A DNA stretch of 64,000 nucleotides from Negativicutes bacterium (lineage in GTDB: Bacteria; Bacillota; Negativicutes; UBA1444). Of this stretch, positions 59,775 through 64,000 are shown piece by piece. Location of the stretch: contig CAXXIN010000016.1 in the NCBI GenBank assembly GCA_963665275.2, forward strand, positions 268,395 through 332,394. The letters run 5' to 3'. Numbering within the stretch: the first letter of the stretch is position 1; the number at the start of each line of letters is the position of its first letter. Below the pieces are notes generated by a model. The model worked only from the letters and a program-made list of their open reading frames with translations, had not been told where the DNA came from and ran no database searches. The position numbers and the translations under genes were made by a program.

Positions 59775-60258
59775 TTTTTGCGTTTTCTCCCCTCTATCTG
59801 ATATCTGATTTGGTGGCACGAAGATTTCGCACTCTCAGTTTATCAAAAGGGTAAGAAGCTGTCGTGCTGTTTTTTGACACGAAATTCGTGAGTCGGCGTT
59901 GATGGGAATTTGTTCTGGGCGTTGGCAGAAGAAGAACTGCCGCACTGTTGGGTGAGAAGGAGACCACGTTTGGGATAATGTTGCAAAAATATTGCATATA
60001 TGTTCAAAAAATATATAATTTAGTAGCCTATGAATTGGGGTGTTGCAAGTGAGGGTATACATTTGAAACAAGAGGAGTTTAAGCTATCTCGAGTTAAGGG
60101 GTTTTGTGTGATGAACATGAACTCATTGGATTTTGAAAAATGAATGATTTTAAATGTTTTTAACAGATATAAGCGGATGAAGTGCTTTGATTTAAGATGG
60201 ACACACCTGCGCTGCGAAACGTGCGAGAAAGTACTATTAGGAAAGAGGAGAGAGGTCT

Positions 60259-62380
60259 TTGATGGGGAGCGATCAAGAGGCGCGAGAAACAGTCAATCGT
60301 ATCAAAGCTGAGTTTGCTGACCTTAGTCAGGAGCTGGTGCGAAAAAATGAGTTGCTTGAACGGCAAAATTTTGAATTAAAGAGCGAAGTTGCATTTCGAA
60401 TAGAGGCGGAGAAAACGTTGCGGGAGAGCCAGTCTATCTATGTTGCATTGACGCAGAATTCAACAGATGGCATCATCCTTCGTGACGATGCCGGAATCAT
60501 TACATATGTAAATTGTGTTTTTGCCAAAATGATACAAGCGGATGAGCCATCGGAACTGTTGGGCCATTTGTATATGGACTATGTGCATCCCGATGACCGC
60601 GAAGAATATCTTCGTCGTTTTGCGTCAGTCACCTCCGGGATTCAGGCGCCCAAGTGGGAACATCGGTTGATGGGTTTTCAAGGTAGAGTCATCTATGTGG
60701 AATCGACCAGCGTACCAATTTCCGCAGACGGTCGTTTTATTAGCATGAGCATTTTTCAGGATATTACCGACCGCAAACGTGCTACACAGTTGGAGAAGGA
60801 AAAAGGGGAGCTTTTGCGCACACTAATCGAAACGATCCCCGACATGGTTTGGCTGAAAAATCCGGAGGGTGTTTACCTAAGCTGTAACAGGATGTTTGAG
60901 AGGTTCTTCGGGGCCTGCGAAGGCGACATCGTTGGAAAAACCGACTATGATTTTGTAGAGGCCGAGTTGGCGGGTTTCTTTCGGGAAAACGACCGAAAAG
61001 CCATAGCGACGGGTAAGTCCGTCATTAATGAAGAGGAAGTCTCGCTTGCCGAGGATGGGCGTCACATGAATTTGGAAACAATCAAAACGCCCATGTTCGC
61101 TGCAGGCGGGACACTCATCGGCGTGCTGGGCGTAGCTCGTGACATCACCGGGCATAAACGGATGGAAGAAGCATTGCGGAAAAGTGAAGCCAGATTCAGA
61201 CAGCTTGTCACAACACTCCCTCTTCCATTGGCTATTATCAATAATGAAGGAATGCATACTTTTATTAATGATAAGTTTGTGCAGGTTTTTGGATACAACT
61301 ACGATGACTTGCCATCACGAGAAAAATGGCGGGAATTAGCTTTTCCCGATCAGAATTACAGGAGCCTGGTGGCGGAGACCTGGGCCGCAGAGGTTGAGAG
61401 TGCGACGAAAGCAAAGCAAGAGATCGGACCGATTGAATACGATATCACCTGCAAAAACGGAGCGGTGCGTTCTGTAATGGTTTCCGGCATCGTTACAAGT
61501 GATGAAGTGCTCGCGACCTTTATCGATATAACGGACCGTCGTCGGCATGAACAAACGATGAAAGCTTCCTACGAACGACGAAGAATAAATGAGCTGATGA
61601 TATAAACTGATTCGGCAAGGCCCGTCTTCCAATCATACGGTATATGAAAGCGCCCGCATCATGGGCGCCAATATGATGATGCCATTCAGTTGCTTTCTGA
61701 TTATGATCGATGAATATCAGGAAAAGCCAAGAGCCTATTGGCAGGATCATTTGAATGAATATCGACTGTTAACGGATTCCCTGCTGGATGCATTGGAAGA
61801 GGCCAATAGGGTTTCGTGGGAAGGGTCCGAGGGGATTGGTTTGCTATGCTTTGAGCCGGGTGACTCTGAAATCACCAAAGACGCTCAAAAAAGCATGGCG
61901 GAAGAATTGCGTACTAAAATTGCCGGGAAGGTTCCGGCGGTCACGGTTTCCATCGGTATCGCCGAATTCGGCGCCAATATTGCGGACATACGGACCTATT
62001 ACCGGCAGGCGGAGAGCGCCGTCGGCGCTGGCCGCAAAGTGTGGCCGCAATTGAAGACGTATCATTATTTGGACATGGGCGTTTTTCAGCTGCTGTCGTG
62101 CTTTACCGATGAAGTTCAAATCACGGCATACATTGAACGCACTTTGGGAAAGTTGTTAACTTATGATAAGAAAAAGGGCGGCGCCTATCTGGCTACCCTG
62201 GAGATCATTCTAATGAGCGACAATCTCAAAGACGGTGCGGATAAACTATCTATCCACTATCAAACCATGATGTTCCGCAAGCGGCGGTTAGAGACAATCC
62301 TCGGTATTTCCTTCGATGATTTTCAATCGCGACTGACAATATCGACTGCTTTGCAAATGTTGAAACTTCGCAAACCCTAA
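60259..62380 (+). CDS. Multi-PAS sensor fused to a CdaR/PucR-type C-terminal regulator, frameshift near 61600
   Basis: Three PAS/PAC repeats in 60259-61605; VSIGI, YLDMGVFQLL, TLE and LSIHYQTMMFRKRRLE PucR HTH in 61661-62380. Confidence 0.8.
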
Positions 62381-62388
62381 TAGGTAAA

Positions 62389-62406
62389 TTGTTGCTACGA
62401 CTACAA
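62389..62406. promoter_or_regulatory. Candidate PucR/CdaR-type operator
   Basis: TTGT-N10-ACAA directly downstream of the regulator gene. Confidence 0.4.
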
Positions 62407-62607
62407 GTCCGGTTTTTATCATCAGATGATAGAAAACGGTCTTCTTCTTTGTAAGTAATTATTCAAGAAACCGAATAGGCAATCGATGGAAAACGATTTA
62501 AGATATAGAAGTAATGGTTGAATAATGGATTTGCCGGAACAGCCAAAAAATATTGTTGAGTCTTGATTCAATGGAAATGGTAACGAAAGCGTGGAAAGAA
62601 AAAGCGG

Positions 62608-62910
62608 ATGATTCAGGTAGTGACGGTCACGACAAAGCAGATTCAAGTGCTCCTGTCCGGAGGTATTTACGCGGAGGAGGCACGAGCGATCCGGGAAAGC
62701 CTGATCAGGTATATCGACAGCGGACATCAATTCATTTCCATTGATCTTTCGGAAGTTGACTATATCGATGGTAACGGGCTGGGAGCGTTGGTTTCCATTC
62801 ACAAGCGAGCCATGGAGAAGAGGGGCCATGTAGCAGTAAAAGGGTTGCATGGAAATATAAAAGAGTTGTTTGAATTGGCCCAAATGAACAAAGTGTTGGA
62901 CATCAGATAG
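62608..62910 (+). CDS. STAS domain protein (anti-sigma factor antagonist-like)
   Basis: LSG, IDLSEVDYIDGNGLGALV, IKELFEL. Confidence 0.88.
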   Translation: MIQVVTVTTKQIQVLLSGGIYAEEARAIRESLIRYIDSGHQFISIDLSEVDYIDGNGLGALVSIHKRAMEKRGHVAVKGLHGNIKELFELAQMNKVLDIR

Positions 62911-62942
62911 AGTTATCAAATAAAGATGAAGGCGGGGATGAA

Positions 62943-64000
62943 ATGAAACTGAAGGTTGGCATGAAAATTGGCGGTGGTTTCGGACTGATCATTCTATTTC
63001 TTATAATTATTGTTGGATATTCGTTTTTTTCGCTAAGAGAAATCAAAGAAAGCATCGTTGGCGCTCAACAGGCAAACGAACGGACCGCGATGTCGGATGA
63101 TGCGAAGTATGCCTTTAACGATATAACATCGACTATACGCAACTACGTCGCATATGGCGATGAGAAAAACATTGGCGAGATATCCAAAAAGTTTGAAGCT
63201 CTTCTGAGCCTTGAAAAGAAGCTGCAGGATGTCGCCCGATCGGAAAAAAAGGCGCAGGTCCAGAGTGTCATCGATGAGACTGGCAAATATCGGGATTTGG
63301 CAAACGAATTTTTACCGCATGTCACCGCGTACCATCGGGAACTGGTGGCAGGCAATCTGGTCAAAGCACTGGAAACTAAAACAATTATGCTTGAGAAAGC
63401 AAAAAATGTGGGTCCTATTGCACAAAAACTGCAAACAACGTTTGAGGGGGCTTCGCAAGAAAACAGTAAAGTTGCAGAAGCCAACAGTAAAAAAAGCCTT
63501 GATGTTGCAAGCAGTACGATTAGAACCTCGACTATTTTGGGCGCCGTGGCTTTGATTTTCGGAATTATGATTGCGGTATTTCTCACCCGCAGTATCACCC
63601 GCCCCCTCATTGCGGCTACCAACCACGTGGGAGTCATGGCGCAGGGGGATTATTCCAATGACGTACCTGAAGCCTTTCTCGCAAGGGGTGATGAATTCGG
63701 TGTTATGGCGAAAGCGTTTGATAATTTGACCACAACCATGCGGGAGACGATCAAGCATATTATACAGTCCTCCGAACAGGTTGCCGCCTCGTCTGAAGAA
63801 TTGACTGCAGGCGCACAGCAGTCGGCGGACGCATCGAACAATATCGCGATCTCCATCACACAGGTTGCGCAGGGTAGCGAAAAAACAGGTGTCCGCCGTC
63901 AACGAAACATCAGCCATCGTGCAGGAAATTTCCGCAACCATGGAGGAAATGTCCGCCACGGCTGCCGAGATGGCTACGATGTCCGAACAGACGGCTAGCG
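62943..64000 (+). CDS. Methyl-accepting chemotaxis protein (partial, frameshift near 63885)
   Basis: Two TM, HAMP (ITRPL...DEFG), QVAASSEELTA methylation helices; runs off the window. Confidence 0.9.

Noticed and set aside
59820-60258. Riboswitch or sRNA (for example c-di-GMP) in the ogt-regulator intergenic region
   Set aside because: No recognisable consensus or strong structure by eye; an Rfam scan would be needed

Overview
Chromosomal window from an anaerobic Firmicute, probably Negativicutes/Sporomusaceae-like (T-box, sigma54 Stickland-type cluster, SpoVB-like flippase, MCP); this taxonomy is inferred. No rRNA, tRNA, CRISPR array, transposase or prophage was seen. In order: a yybP-ykoY riboswitch with a TMEM165/GDT1 gene; a peptide ABC operon with an M20 hydrolase; a SpoVB-like flippase; AlaX; a Ser T-box with serC-serA-DUF1015; a DUF6305/DctM-like/small membrane protein/M14 deacylase/ggt operon; hbd-crt; an M14-pgsB-pgsC-pgsW poly-gamma-glutamate operon; M20 plus a sodium:solute symporter; an AT-richer block with a sigma54-driven 2-hydroxyacyl-CoA dehydratase cluster and a LysR/Fe-ADH/SauS-like/DASS module; a diguanylate cyclase; ygeY; an amino-acid ABC operon with a candidate ANTAR leader; an FHA-wHTH regulator before class D beta-lactamase, ddl and a secreted hydrolase; alkylation-repair genes; a PAS-PucR regulator, STAS protein and MCP. 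Many genes after 53.7 kb carry indels that look like read/assembly errors. The best candidate for an undescribed system is a gamma-glutamyl polymer synthesis-and-salvage system (16.1-27.7 kb); the next is the FHA-wHTH cell-wall stress operon. All family assignments are by eye and need profile searches.
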